The translations under genes were made by a program, and so were the position numbers. From IMG/VR virus record IMGVR_UViG_2778261446_000008, positions 1-30,565 of that record: a DNA stretch of 30,565 bases; one strand, given 5' to 3'. Under the pieces are notes generated by a model. That model was not told the origin of the DNA. It was given only the letters and a program-made list of their open reading frames with translations, and did not search any database. Positions 7,913 to 16,628 of this stretch are shown one piece after another. Position 1 is the first letter of the stretch, and each line of letters starts with the position of its first letter. Source of the stretch: a virus. Taxonomy: Duplodnaviria > Heunggongvirae > Uroviricota > Caudoviricetes.

Positions 7913-9675
7913 AAAATCTCCACAATATTGCTGGTATTGGCGGACTCGCCCTGCAGCGGTTCGTTAAACAGTGCGTGCATTGTTGCCCAGGCCAGATCCG
8001 CATGGCTGGCTTCTTCGCTGCGGCTGGCTTCATAGGTCGGGCGGTTGCCGCTGGCGGTGGTGGCGCGACGGATTGCCATAAATGACTGCGCTATGTCGGT
8101 GTGTCCGGCGTCAAACTCCAGACGGCGGTGACTGATAATGTCGTAGGCCTTGAGTACCAGGGCGTTTTTAACATTGGGGTTGTAGACAAACTCCCGGACG
8201 GCAGGAAAAAACGCTTTCACGTTCTCGTAAACCCCGTGACCGACGCCGGTTGAGTCGATACCGATATATGTCACGTTGTACTGTTCAGTCAGTTTTTTGA
8301 TGGCGTCAGCCTGGGCGCGGAAGTCCATCCCGCGCCACTGGTGACGCTCAAGAATGCGGAACTTACCACCCGGCACGGCTGGCGGAGCCACTACCACGCA
8401 TCCGGCACTGTCGCCGTTCTGCGTACCTTTTGCCGGGTCATAACCGATCCACACTTCGCGCCAGCCAAACGGGCGCAGCGCCAGTGCATGAAAGTCGGTC
8501 CAGACTTCCCAACTGTCCACCATGCACGCCTGCAGCTCGCTGAGCGGAAACACGGACGCGAGATCGTCCACAAACTCGCACATCAGCAGGTTCTGGTATT
8601 CGTCCGGGCTGTACTCCATGCGTAGTTGGTCGAGGTCGAACAGGTTACAGCCGCCGCGCACCGCATCTTCCACGGTGACTATCTGGCGGTATTGCCCGTC
8701 TGCGCACAGCAGGCCGGGGGCCAGATTGCTGTGGGACAGGTCGATGTCCACCTTATCGGCTTTGTTGCGCCCACGGTTGAACAGCGCACCGGACCAGAAC
8801 GGATAAGCACTGTGGGTCAGGCTGGATGGCGTGGAAAAATAGGTCTGTCGCCATTTCTTGTGAATAGCCATACCGGAAGCCACTTTGCGCAGCTCCTGGA
8901 ATTTCGGTATCCAGAAATATTCATCCAGATACAGGTTGCCGTGATAACTCTGGGCAGTGCGGGCATTGGTGCCGAGGAAATACAGTGTGGCCCCGTTGGG
9001 AAGCACCATCGGATCGCCTTTCAGCTCCACCTCCACTTCTTTGGCAAAGTCGATGATGTACTGTTTGAAGACGTGGGCCTGTGCCTTACTGGCAGAAAGG
9101 AAAATCTGGTTACGTCCGGTAAGCAGGGCGTCAATCAGGGCTTCACGGGCAAAATAGAAGGTCGCGCCGATCTGGCGTGACTTCAGCAGGTTGCGGATGC
9201 GGTTGGTTTTTCCGGCTTCCCACCAGTGGCGCTGGTAGTTGAACATGGAGGAATGGAAGATTTCTTCCAGCTTCTCAATCTGTTCATCGGTGAAGACATT
9301 CTTTTCCGGCTGACGGCGCGGGCCTTTGTTGCGGTTGGCGACGTTAGGGTTTAAGTCGGCTTCGTTGCCGCCATTGTTAAACTTGCCGATCCGCGCGTGG
9401 CGCTCAGACTGGCGCGCCAGCAGGTCAATCTCTTTGAAATCTTTCCCTTCTTTGTGCTCCTTCATGATGAGCTGGCAGTAGCGTGCGGCGGTGGTGAGCT
9501 GCATCTGATCCAGCGGCCCATATTCACTCCACTTGTCGCGTTTTTTCCAGCTGTGAACGGTTGCAACTTTCTCGCCCAGCATTTCAGCAATGCGGGCTAC
9601 GCGGTATCCCTGAAAGTACAGCAGCATGGCCTGCCGACGGGGATCGAGATCTGCGGGTGTCAGTGTGGTGTTCAT
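7909..9675 (-). CDS. P: terminase large (ATPase) subunit (P2 gpP-like)
   Basis: 588-aa ORF divergent from the O-N-M capsid operon; size and position match P2 P. Confidence 0.85.
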   Translation of the reverse strand: MNTTLTPADLDPRRQAMLLYFQGYRVARIAEMLGEKVATVHSWKKRDKWSEYGPLDQMQLTTAARYCQLIMKEHKEGKDFKEIDLLARQSERHARIGKFNNGGNEADLNPNVANRNKGPRRQPEKNVFTDEQIEKLEEIFHSSMFNYQRHWWEAGKTNRIRNLLKSRQIGATFYFAREALIDALLTGRNQIFLSASKAQAHVFKQYIIDFAKEVEVELKGDPMVLPNGATLYFLGTNARTAQSYHGNLYLDEYFWIPKFQELRKVASGMAIHKKWRQTYFSTPSSLTHSAYPFWSGALFNRGRNKADKVDIDLSHSNLAPGLLCADGQYRQIVTVEDAVRGGCNLFDLDQLRMEYSPDEYQNLLMCEFVDDLASVFPLSELQACMVDSWEVWTDFHALALRPFGWREVWIGYDPAKGTQNGDSAGCVVVAPPAVPGGKFRILERHQWRGMDFRAQADAIKKLTEQYNVTYIGIDSTGVGHGVYENVKAFFPAVREFVYNPNVKNALVLKAYDIISHRRLEFDAGHTDIAQSFMAIRRATTASGNRPTYEASRSEEASHADLAWATMHALFNEPLQGESANTSNIVEIF

Positions 9676-9721
9676 GGCACAAACCTACAGCCTTGAATGA
9701 AGGCTTTCCCCGCCTGCGGTT

Positions 9722-9739
9722 TGTGTGGTTATCGGTACA
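9722..9739. promoter_or_regulatory. TGT-N12-ACA dyad (Ogr/Delta-type late-promoter activator site) in the divergent P/O intergenic region
   Basis: TGTgtggttatcggtACA with exactly 12 nt between TGT and ACA; the centre lies about 55 nt upstream of a plausible O transcription start (O ATG at 9818). It shares TGTGTG...CGGTACA with the dyad upstream of FI. Confidence 0.55.
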
Positions 9740-9817
9740 AATACCGCGCATTGTTTCACTGCCCCCATCACCGCAACCATAAGGCTCCAGTAAGTTTTTT
9801 CTAACGGAGCACGGCTC

Positions 9818-10651
9818 ATGACAGTGAAAGCAAAGCGTTTTCGCATCGGGGTGGAAGGTGCCACTACCGACGGACGCGAAATCCAGCGTGAATGGCTGGA
9901 ACAGATGGCAGCCAGCTACAACCCGGCGGTGTATACCGCGCTGATTAACCTTGAGCATATCAAGTCTTATCTGCCGGACAGCACCTTTAACCGCTACGGC
10001 AAGGTGACGGCGCTGTTTGCTGAAGAAATCACGGAAGGTCCACTGGCAGGCAAGATGGCGCTGTATGCCGACGTTGAGCCAACGGAGTCCCTGGTGGAGC
10101 TGGTGAAAAAAGGCCAGAAATTATTCACCTCTATGGAAGTCAGCCCGAAGTTCGCTGATACGGGCAAAGCCTACCTGGTTGGCCTGGCTGCCACTGATGA
10201 CCCTGCCAGTCTGGGCACTGAAATGCTGACATTCAGCGCCAGTGCAGCTCATAACCCGCTGGCAAACCGCAAGCAGAATCCTGCAAATCTCTTTACCGCT
10301 GCAGAGGAAACGGTGATCGAACTGGAAGAAATCCAGGATGACAAACCGTCCCTGTTTGCCCGTGTCACGGCGTTGTTTACTAAAAAAGAGCAGTCCGATG
10401 ACGCCCGGTTCTCTGATGTGCATAAGGCCGTGGAGCTGGTCGCCACTGAGCAGCAGAACCTGAGCACACGCACCGAAAAATCCCTGTCTGAGCAGGAAGA
10501 ACGCCTGTCTGAACTGGAGACTGCTCTGCAGGAGCAGCAAACCGCCTTTAACGAACTGGTGAATAAGCTGAGTCATGAAGACAGCCGCCAGGACTACCGC
10601 CAGCGTGCAACAGGCGGTAACGCCCCCGCTGACACTCTGACCAATTGCTGA
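9818..10651 (+). CDS. O: capsid scaffolding protein (P2 gpO-like)
   Basis: 277-aa ORF, first gene of the rightward capsid operon; N-terminal FRIGVEG...LEH and the D/E-rich coiled C-terminus are typical of P2 O. Confidence 0.85.
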   Translation: MTVKAKRFRIGVEGATTDGREIQREWLEQMAASYNPAVYTALINLEHIKSYLPDSTFNRYGKVTALFAEEITEGPLAGKMALYADVEPTESLVELVKKGQKLFTSMEVSPKFADTGKAYLVGLAATDDPASLGTEMLTFSASAAHNPLANRKQNPANLFTAAEETVIELEEIQDDKPSLFARVTALFTKKEQSDDARFSDVHKAVELVATEQQNLSTRTEKSLSEQEERLSELETALQEQQTAFNELVNKLSHEDSRQDYRQRATGGNAPADTLTNC

Positions 10652-10667
10652 TGGAGCACAAAACCTG

Positions 10668-11726
10668 ATGAAGAAGAATACCCGCTTTGCTTTTAACGCT
10701 TACCTGCAGCAGCTGGCGCGTCTGAACGGTGTGGCAGTTGAAGAACTGTCCAGCAAGTTCACCGTGGAGCCGTCTGTACAGCAGACGCTGGAAGACCAGA
10801 TCCAGCAGTCCGCCGCTTTCCTGACGCTGATTAACGTCACGCCAGTGACTGAGCAATCCGGTCAGCTGCTGGGGTTGGGTGTTGGTAGCACCATTGCCGG
10901 AACCACTGACACCACCGCGAAAGAGCGTGAACCTGTCGATCCTACGCTGATGGTCGATGTGGAATACAAATGCGAGCAGACCAACTTTGACACGGTACTG
11001 ACCTACGCGAAGCTGGACCTGTGGGCGAAGTTTCAGGATTTCCAGGTGCGTATCCGTGACGCCATCGTGAAACGTCAGGCACTGGACCGCATCATGATCG
11101 GCTTTAACGGCGTGAAGCGTGCGAAAACCTCCAACCGTAGCGAAAACCCGCTGCTGCAGGATGTGAATAAAGGCTGGCTGCAGAAAATCCGTGAGGATGC
11201 ACCGGATCACGTCATGGGCAGCACCACCACGGGCGGTGAAACCACACCGGGTGCGGTGAAAGTCGGGAAAGGTGGCGAATATGCCAACCTGGACGCCGTG
11301 GTGATGGATGCCGTCAATGAGCTTATCGACGTGGTCTACCAGGACGATGACGATCTGGTGGTGATTTGCGGTCGTGAACTGTTGTCTGACAAGTACTTCC
11401 CGCTGGTCAACAAAGAGCAGGAGAACAGTGAAAAACTGGCTGCCGATATGATCATCAGCCAGAAACGCATGGGGGGCCTGCAGGCCGTGCGTGCGCCGTT
11501 CTTCCCGCCGAATGCACTGCTGATCACCCGTCTGGATAACCTGTCCATCTACTGGCAGGAAGACACCCGCCGCCGTTCAGTTATCGACAACCCGAAACGT
11601 GACCGGATTGAAAACTTTGAATCCGTTAATGAAGCCTATGTGGTTGAGGACTACCGCTGCGCCGCACTGGTGGAAAACATCCAGATTGGTGATTTCAGCG
11701 CCGCCGCAGCCGAAACCGGAGCGTAA
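10668..11726 (+). CDS. N: major capsid protein (P2 gpN-like)
   Basis: 352-aa ORF; N-terminal TRFAFNAYLQQLARLNGV...KFTVEPSVQQTL closely resembles P2 N as I recall it; synteny. Confidence 0.9.
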   Translation: MKKNTRFAFNAYLQQLARLNGVAVEELSSKFTVEPSVQQTLEDQIQQSAAFLTLINVTPVTEQSGQLLGLGVGSTIAGTTDTTAKEREPVDPTLMVDVEYKCEQTNFDTVLTYAKLDLWAKFQDFQVRIRDAIVKRQALDRIMIGFNGVKRAKTSNRSENPLLQDVNKGWLQKIREDAPDHVMGSTTTGGETTPGAVKVGKGGEYANLDAVVMDAVNELIDVVYQDDDDLVVICGRELLSDKYFPLVNKEQENSEKLAADMIISQKRMGGLQAVRAPFFPPNALLITRLDNLSIYWQEDTRRRSVIDNPKRDRIENFESVNEAYVVEDYRCAALVENIQIGDFSAAAAETGA

Positions 11727-11729
11727 TCC

Positions 11730-12380
11730 ATGAGCCTGAGTCCCGCACGGCAGCATCGCCTGCGCGTTCAGGCTGAACAGGCCGCCCGCGAGGGCGGCAG
11801 TGTTCGCCACGCATCGGGCTATGACCTGATGCTGCTGCAACTGGCGGAAGACCGCCGCCGTCTCAAGGGCGTTCAGTCCACGGTCAAAAAAGCGGAAATC
11901 AAGGTGGAGCTGCTGCCGAAATACGCCGCCTGGGCAGAGGGTGTTCTGGCTGCCGGAGGCGCTCAACAGGATGACGTGCTGATGTACGTGATGCTGTGGC
12001 GCATTGATGCCGGAGATTATGCCGGGGCGCTGGAGATCGGGCGTCATGCCCTGCGTCATGGCTGGGTGATGCCGCTGGGTAACCGCAATGTGCAAACCGT
12101 GCTGGCAGAGGAAATGGCAGACGCGGCACAGAGCGCAATGCTTGCCGCCACCGGCTTTGATGCCGATCTGTTGTTGCAGACGCTGGAGCTGACAGACGGT
12201 CTGGATATGCCGGACCAGTCACGGGCGCGTCTGCATAAAGCGATTGGCGCTGTCCTGAGTGAAAGCAATCCGGCTTCCGCCCTTAATCATCTCAACCATG
12301 CGTTACAGCTCGATCCCCGCTGTGGCGTGAAAAAAGACAAACAGCAGCTGGAGCGCAGACTGCGCAATGACAGCCGCTGA
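11730..12380 (+). CDS. M: terminase small/endonuclease subunit (P2 gpM-like)
   Basis: 216-aa ORF directly after N, as in P2. Confidence 0.8.
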   Translation: MSLSPARQHRLRVQAEQAAREGGSVRHASGYDLMLLQLAEDRRRLKGVQSTVKKAEIKVELLPKYAAWAEGVLAAGGAQQDDVLMYVMLWRIDAGDYAGALEIGRHALRHGWVMPLGNRNVQTVLAEEMADAAQSAMLAATGFDADLLLQTLELTDGLDMPDQSRARLHKAIGAVLSESNPASALNHLNHALQLDPRCGVKKDKQQLERRLRNDSR

Positions 12381-12475
12381 CAGAACGTGCCCCCGCGCAC
12401 GGGCGGCACGGGGTGGCGAAAGGCACCGCCACATCAAAACCCCGTCCACCGCCCTCTATTTCAGGAGAAAGCAGC

Positions 12476-12940
12476 ATGAAGTTTGTTGCGCCAGAACAGG
12501 CACCGGAACAGGCGGAAATCATCAGGAATACGCCGTTCTGGCCTGATGTGGACTTGTCGGAGTTTCGCAGTGTCATGCGCACTGACGGCACGGTGACGCA
12601 GCCGCGTTTAAAGCAGGTTGCGCTGTCGGCAATTTCGGAGGTCAACGCAGAGCTGTATGAGTTTCGCAGACGTCAGCAGATGCTGGGGTATGTGTCGCTG
12701 GCTGAGGTTCCGGCGGAACAGCTGGACGGCAAAAGTGAGCGCATTCAGCACTATTTCAACGCGGTTTACTGCTGGGCACGCGCCATGCTCAACGAACGAT
12801 ACCAGGACTATGACGCCACGGCATCCGGTGTGAAGCGAGGCGAGGAACTGGCGGAAGCCAGCGGTGATTTGTGGCGTGACGCCCGCTGGGCCATCAGCCG
12901 GGTGCAGGATGCGCCGCACTGCACAGTGGAGCTTATCTGA
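12476..12940 (+). CDS. L: head completion/stabilisation protein (P2 gpL-like)
   Basis: ATG 12476 with RBS aggaga (12462-12467); the track ORF 12413..12940 begins at an upstream GTG that is probably not used. Position after M as in P2. Confidence 0.8.
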   Translation: MKFVAPEQAPEQAEIIRNTPFWPDVDLSEFRSVMRTDGTVTQPRLKQVALSAISEVNAELYEFRRRQQMLGYVSLAEVPAEQLDGKSERIQHYFNAVYCWARAMLNERYQDYDATASGVKRGEELAEASGDLWRDARWAISRVQDAPHCTVELI

Positions 12941-13143
12941 TGAAAGTGCGTGCGTATCAGTATGACACGGTGGACGCGCTTTGCTGGCGTCATTACGGGC
13001 GCACGCAGGGTGTCACGGAGCAGGTACTGAAGGCAAATCCGGGGCTTGCCGAATACGGCCCCTTTTTACCTCACGGGCTGCAGGTGGAGCTGCCGGACAT
13101 ACCGACCACCACCACCGTGCAGACCGTCCAGCTATGGGACTGA
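12940..13143 (+). CDS. X: tail protein X (P2 gpX-like, LysM-like)
   Basis: 67-aa ORF, the same length as P2 X, at the conserved position; its start overlaps the L stop. Confidence 0.8.
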   Translation: MKVRAYQYDTVDALCWRHYGRTQGVTEQVLKANPGLAEYGPFLPHGLQVELPDIPTTTTVQTVQLWD

Positions 13144-13146
13144 ATT

Positions 13147-13362
13147 ATGACGCTTGAGCGAATCAGCGCCTTTATCACGTACTGCATCGCCGTTGTGCTG
13201 GCCTGGCTGGGCGATTTGTCCATCAAGGATGCCTCAACGCTGGGCGGCCTGATGATTGGTGTGCTGATGCTGGCTATCAACTGGTACTACAAACACAAAG
13301 CCTACCAGCTTCTGCGCGACGGGCAGATCTCGCGGGAGGACTATGAATCCATCAATCGTTAA
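13147..13362 (+). CDS. holin
   Basis: 71-aa ORF with two hydrophobic transmembrane stretches and a charged C-terminal tail; immediately precedes the endolysin gene. Confidence 0.75.
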   Translation: MTLERISAFITYCIAVVLAWLGDLSIKDASTLGGLMIGVLMLAINWYYKHKAYQLLRDGQISREDYESINR

Positions 13363-13855
13363 ACGCTGCCTTGTCGGGGCCGTGCTGGCTATTGCTGCCA
13401 CGCTGCCGGGTTTTCAGCAGCTTCACACCTCCGTGGAAGGGCTGAAACTGATTGCCGATTACGAAGGTTGTCGTCTGCAGCCGTATCAGTGCAGCGCGGG
13501 TGTCTGGACCGACGGCATTGGTAATACGTCGGGCGTCATTCCCGGCAAAACCATTACGGAACGACAGGCAGCAGAAGGACTGATTTCCAACGTGCTGCGT
13601 GTGGAGCGGGCGCTGGAAAGGTGTGTGAAACAACAGCCGCCGCAAAAGGTGTATGACTCGGTGGTGTCGTTTGCCTTCAACGTGGGGACGGGCAATGCCT
13701 GCAGTTCCACGTTGGTGAAATTGCTCAACCAGCGGCGCTGGGCGGATGCGTGCCGACAGTTGCCGCGCTGGGTGTATGTAAAAGGTGTTTTTAATCAGGG
13801 GCTGGATAACCGCCGTGCGCGGGAGATGGCCTGGTGTTTACAGGGAGCAAACTGA
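13343..13855 (+). CDS. endolysin (lysozyme-like, probable SAR endolysin)
   Basis: 170 aa; N-terminal hydrophobic signal-anchor-like segment (VGAVLAIAATLPG) followed by a lysozyme-like domain resembling P21 R-type SAR endolysins (YEGCRLQPYQCSAGVWTDGIGNT). Confidence 0.8.
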   Translation: MNPSIVKRCLVGAVLAIAATLPGFQQLHTSVEGLKLIADYEGCRLQPYQCSAGVWTDGIGNTSGVIPGKTITERQAAEGLISNVLRVERALERCVKQQPPQKVYDSVVSFAFNVGTGNACSSTLVKLLNQRRWADACRQLPRWVYVKGVFNQGLDNRRAREMAWCLQGAN

Positions 13856-13856
13856 A

Positions 13857-14234
13857 ATGAAAAAGAAATTAATCAGCGGACTGTTTCTGATGTTATGGAT
13901 GGCGCTGTTAATCGCAGCAATGGTGTATCCGCAGGGGATTTTTCCGGTACTGGCAGCGTCCGGTGTCTGGGTAGCCTGCCTGCTGACATGGGGGGCAATT
14001 CCGGTAGCACTGGTTGCGTTAATTAAGAACGGCCCGCTCTGGCAGGAGTTGAAGGCATCTTTGCTGAAGAGCATTACCCGAAAAGAAAACGTATTTATCA
14101 GCTGGGTGATGCGATTGCTGATTGTCGTAAGTCTCGCCTGGACGGGGTGGGCCATTACCCTGGTCTTTTATCTGCTGACCGTTATTGCCTTCTGGATCAC
14201 ACGTAACCAGATGGCGCAACAGGTAGCCGCATGA
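13857..14234 (+). CDS. lysA: LysA-like membrane protein (lysis timing)
   Basis: ATG 13857; 125-aa product with four hydrophobic helices at the P2 lysA position. The track ORF 13785 start overlaps the endolysin and is unlikely. Confidence 0.7.
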   Translation: MKKKLISGLFLMLWMALLIAAMVYPQGIFPVLAASGVWVACLLTWGAIPVALVALIKNGPLWQELKASLLKSITRKENVFISWVMRLLIVVSLAWTGWAITLVFYLLTVIAFWITRNQMAQQVAA

Positions 14235-14659
14235 ACCGGTTGCTGCTGGTTTTGCTGGCGTTATTACTGGTAGCGCTGGGCTGGCAGACGTGGCGGCTGG
14301 CTGATGCCAGCCAGACCATCAGCACGCAGGCAGACGAACTGCAGAGCAAAAGCCAGGCGCTGGCAAAGAGCAACAGCCAGCTTATCAGCCTGTCCATTCT
14401 GACTGAAACCAATAACCGGGAGCAGGCGCGGCTCTATGCCGAAGCAGAACAGACCAGCGTACTGCTGAGACAACGACAACGCCGGATTGAGGAACTGAAA
14501 CGTGAGAACGAGGATTTACGCCACTGGGCTGATACTCCTTTGCCTGCTGACATTATCCGGCTGCGGGAACGTCCGGCACTCACCGGAGGTGCAGCTTACC
14601 GTCAGTGGTTGTCCGCGAGTGACGCCGTGTCGGCTGGAGCAGGCAGCGCCACGCACTAA
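14231..14659 (+). CDS. lysB: LysB (Rz-like i-spanin)
   Basis: 142 aa with an N-terminal transmembrane anchor, then a coiled-coil periplasmic region rich in Q/E/R; P2 lysB position. Confidence 0.75.
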   Translation: MNRLLLVLLALLLVALGWQTWRLADASQTISTQADELQSKSQALAKSNSQLISLSILTETNNREQARLYAEAEQTSVLLRQRQRRIEELKRENEDLRHWADTPLPADIIRLRERPALTGGAAYRQWLSASDAVSAGAGSATH

Positions 14660-14792
14660 CGGTGGTCTGAACGCATTGCTGGATGAAACGGAGGCCGCCT
14701 GGGCGGTCTGTGCAGACAAAGTGGACATGATTATTGCGTGTCAGGAGCGAAACAGTGAACAAACCACAATCCCTGCGCCACGCCCTCAATAA
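14502..14792 (+). CDS. lysC: LysC (Rz1-like o-spanin lipoprotein), nested in the 3' part of lysB in another frame
   Basis: Signal peptide with lipobox LTLSGC (MRTRIYATGLILLCLLTLSGC); GTG start; embedded in lysB and running into R as in P2. The start codon is uncertain. Confidence 0.6.
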   Translation: MRTRIYATGLILLCLLTLSGCGNVRHSPEVQLTVSGCPRVTPCRLEQAAPRTNGGLNALLDETEAAWAVCADKVDMIIACQERNSEQTTIPAPRPQ

Positions 14793-15186
14793 AGCAGTGC
14801 CTTATGTCCGCAATAACCCGGACAAACTGCATCTGTTTGTGGATAACGGTTCGCTGGTTGCCACGGGGGCCAGCTCCATGTCATGGGAGTACCGCTATAC
14901 CCTGAACGTGGTGATAGAGGATTTCAGCGGCGACCAGAATCTGCTGATGGCCCCGGTTTTGCTGTGGCTGCGGGATAACCAGCCCGATGCCATCAATAAC
15001 CCGGCGTTACGGGAAAAGCTATTCACCTTTGAGGTGGATATTCTGCGCAACGATGTCTGTGATATCAGCCTTAACCTGCAACTGACGGAGCGTGTGCTGG
15101 TCAGCACTGACGGCAGTGTGTCGAACGTTGAAGCGGTAGCGGAACCTGATGAACCTGAAGAAATGTGGACGGTGAAACGTGGATGA
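14755..15186 (+). CDS. R: tail completion protein R (P2 gpR-like)
   Basis: GTG 14755 with RBS aggag (14743-14747); the product VNKPQSLRHALNKAV...FVDNGSL...RYTLNV matches the P2 R N-terminus as I recall it. The track ORF starts at 14734. Confidence 0.8.
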   Translation: MNKPQSLRHALNKAVPYVRNNPDKLHLFVDNGSLVATGASSMSWEYRYTLNVVIEDFSGDQNLLMAPVLLWLRDNQPDAINNPALREKLFTFEVDILRNDVCDISLNLQLTERVLVSTDGSVSNVEAVAEPDEPEEMWTVKRG

Positions 15187-15625
15187 ACTGCAGAAGGTGG
15201 ACAACTGGCTGAGTGCATTATTGGCGAATCTGGAGCCAGCCGCAAGAAGCCGCATGATGCGCCAGCTGGCGCAGGAACTGCGCCGGACACAGCAGCAGAA
15301 CATCAGGATGCAGCGCAATCCTGATGGCAGCAGTTATGAGCCGCGCAGGGTAACAGCACGCAGCAAAAAGGGGCGCATCAAACGTCAGATGTTTGCAAAG
15401 CTGCGCACCACAAAATACCTGAAAACTGCCGCCAGCACCGACTCTGCCAGCGTGCAGTTTGAAGGCAAGGTGCAGCGCATTGCCCGCGTTCACCATTACG
15501 GCCTGCGAGATCGCGTCAGTCGTAAGGGGCCGGAGGTGCGTTACGCAGAGCGTCGCCTTCTGGGTGTAAATGATGATGTTGAGGCAATGACCCGCGACAT
15601 GATTCTGCAATGGCTGGCGGGGTGA
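15179..15625 (+). CDS. S: tail completion / virion morphogenesis protein S (P2 gpS-like)
   Basis: 148-aa ORF overlapping the R stop; P2 synteny. Confidence 0.8.
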   Translation: MDELQKVDNWLSALLANLEPAARSRMMRQLAQELRRTQQQNIRMQRNPDGSSYEPRRVTARSKKGRIKRQMFAKLRTTKYLKTAASTDSASVQFEGKVQRIARVHHYGLRDRVSRKGPEVRYAERRLLGVNDDVEAMTRDMILQWLAG

Positions 15626-15629
15626 TCTT

Positions 15630-15647
15630 TGTATCAGCACTGATACA
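15630..15647. promoter_or_regulatory. perfect palindrome TGTATCAG-CA-CTGATACA (TGT-N12-ACA class) between S and V; candidate late-promoter activator site
   Basis: Fits TGT-N12-ACA with 8-bp perfect arms. It lies in the S-V intergenic region where the P2 V promoter is located, but its centre is only about 55 nt from the V ATG, so spacing to a transcription start is atypical. Confidence 0.4.
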
Positions 15648-15693
15648 AGTTGCAGCACTGCCGCCTTTCTTCCCCTGATGGCAACCTTTCCCT

Positions 15694-16272
15694 ATGAACG
15701 CACAATTAACCGAAATCATGCGCCTTATCACCAACCTGATCCGCACAGGGGTAGTCACCGAAGTGGACAGGGAAAACTGGCTTTGCCGGGTGAAAACGGG
15801 CGAGCTTGAAACCAACTGGATCAGCTGGCTGACGCTGCGTGCCGGGAATGCCCGTACATGGTGGCGACCATCGGAAGGTGAGCAGGTGGTGCTGCTGAGT
15901 CTGGGCGGCAATCTGGAAACCGCCTTTGCGCTGCCCGCTGTCTATTCGAATCAGTTCGCACCACCGTCGACGTCGGCGGACGCCTGCGTGACAGAACATC
16001 CTGACGGTGGCTGGTTTGAATACGAACCCGCCACCGGGCGCTGGTATGTCAGGGGCATCAAATCAATGGTCATTGAGGCTGCTGACAACATCACCATGAA
16101 AACCAGTGAGTTTGTACTGGAGGCTGACCGCACGCGCATTAACAGCGAAGTGGTGATCAATGGTGGCGTTACCCAGGGCGGCGGAGCGATGAGTTCTAAC
16201 GGGATCGTGGTTGATGCGCATCAGCATACTGGCGTCCTGAAAGGCGGCGATACAACCGGAGGCCCGGTATGA
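15694..16272 (+). CDS. V: baseplate spike/assembly protein V (P2 gpV-like)
   Basis: 192 aa; N-terminus MNAQLTEIMRLITNLIRTGVV...WLTLRAG...TWW resembles P2 V. Confidence 0.85.
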   Translation: MNAQLTEIMRLITNLIRTGVVTEVDRENWLCRVKTGELETNWISWLTLRAGNARTWWRPSEGEQVVLLSLGGNLETAFALPAVYSNQFAPPSTSADACVTEHPDGGWFEYEPATGRWYVRGIKSMVIEAADNITMKTSEFVLEADRTRINSEVVINGGVTQGGGAMSSNGIVVDAHQHTGVLKGGDTTGGPV

Positions 16273-16628
16273 CGCTTTATAGCGGGATGAACAATACCAG
16301 CGGCAAAGTCATTACTGATATTGATCATCTGCGCCAGTCGGTGCGGGACATTCTGCTGACACCGCAGGGTAGCCGTATTGCCCGCCGGGAATATGGTTCC
16401 CTGCTGTCGGCACTGATAGATCAGCCACAAAATCCGGCATTACGCCTGCAGGTCATGTCGGCAGTGTATGTGGCGCTGAGTCGCTGGGAGCCACGGTTGA
16501 CGCTGGATTCCATCACCATCAACAGCAATTTTGACGGTTCAATGGTGGTGGAGCTGACCGGGCGGCGGAATAACGGTGTGCCTGTGTCCCTTTCCGTATC
16601 AACAGGAGCAGAGAATGGCAGTGATTGA
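16269..16628 (+). CDS. W: baseplate assembly protein W (gp25/GPW-like)
   Basis: 119-aa ORF overlapping the V stop; P2 synteny. Confidence 0.85.
   Translation: MTLYSGMNNTSGKVITDIDHLRQSVRDILLTPQGSRIARREYGSLLSALIDQPQNPALRLQVMSAVYVALSRWEPRLTLDSITINSNFDGSMVVELTGRRNNGVPVSLSVSTGAENGSD

Noticed and set aside
8341-9180. Cluster of + strand ORFs (94, 94, 184, 66 aa) inside the large terminase gene
   Set aside because: All are antisense or alternative-frame ORFs within gene P; the P2 family has no genes there; expected by chance in GC-rich coding sequence.
10548-11210. 220-aa minus-strand ORF across the O/N junction
   Set aside because: Antisense to the scaffold and major capsid genes; no independent support.
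12381-12475. GC-rich M-L intergenic region as a possible terminator or regulatory hairpin
   Set aside because: Contains partial inverted repeats (cgtgccc / gggcggcacgg) but no clean stem plus T-tract; M and L are co-transcribed in P2, so a terminator here is not expected.
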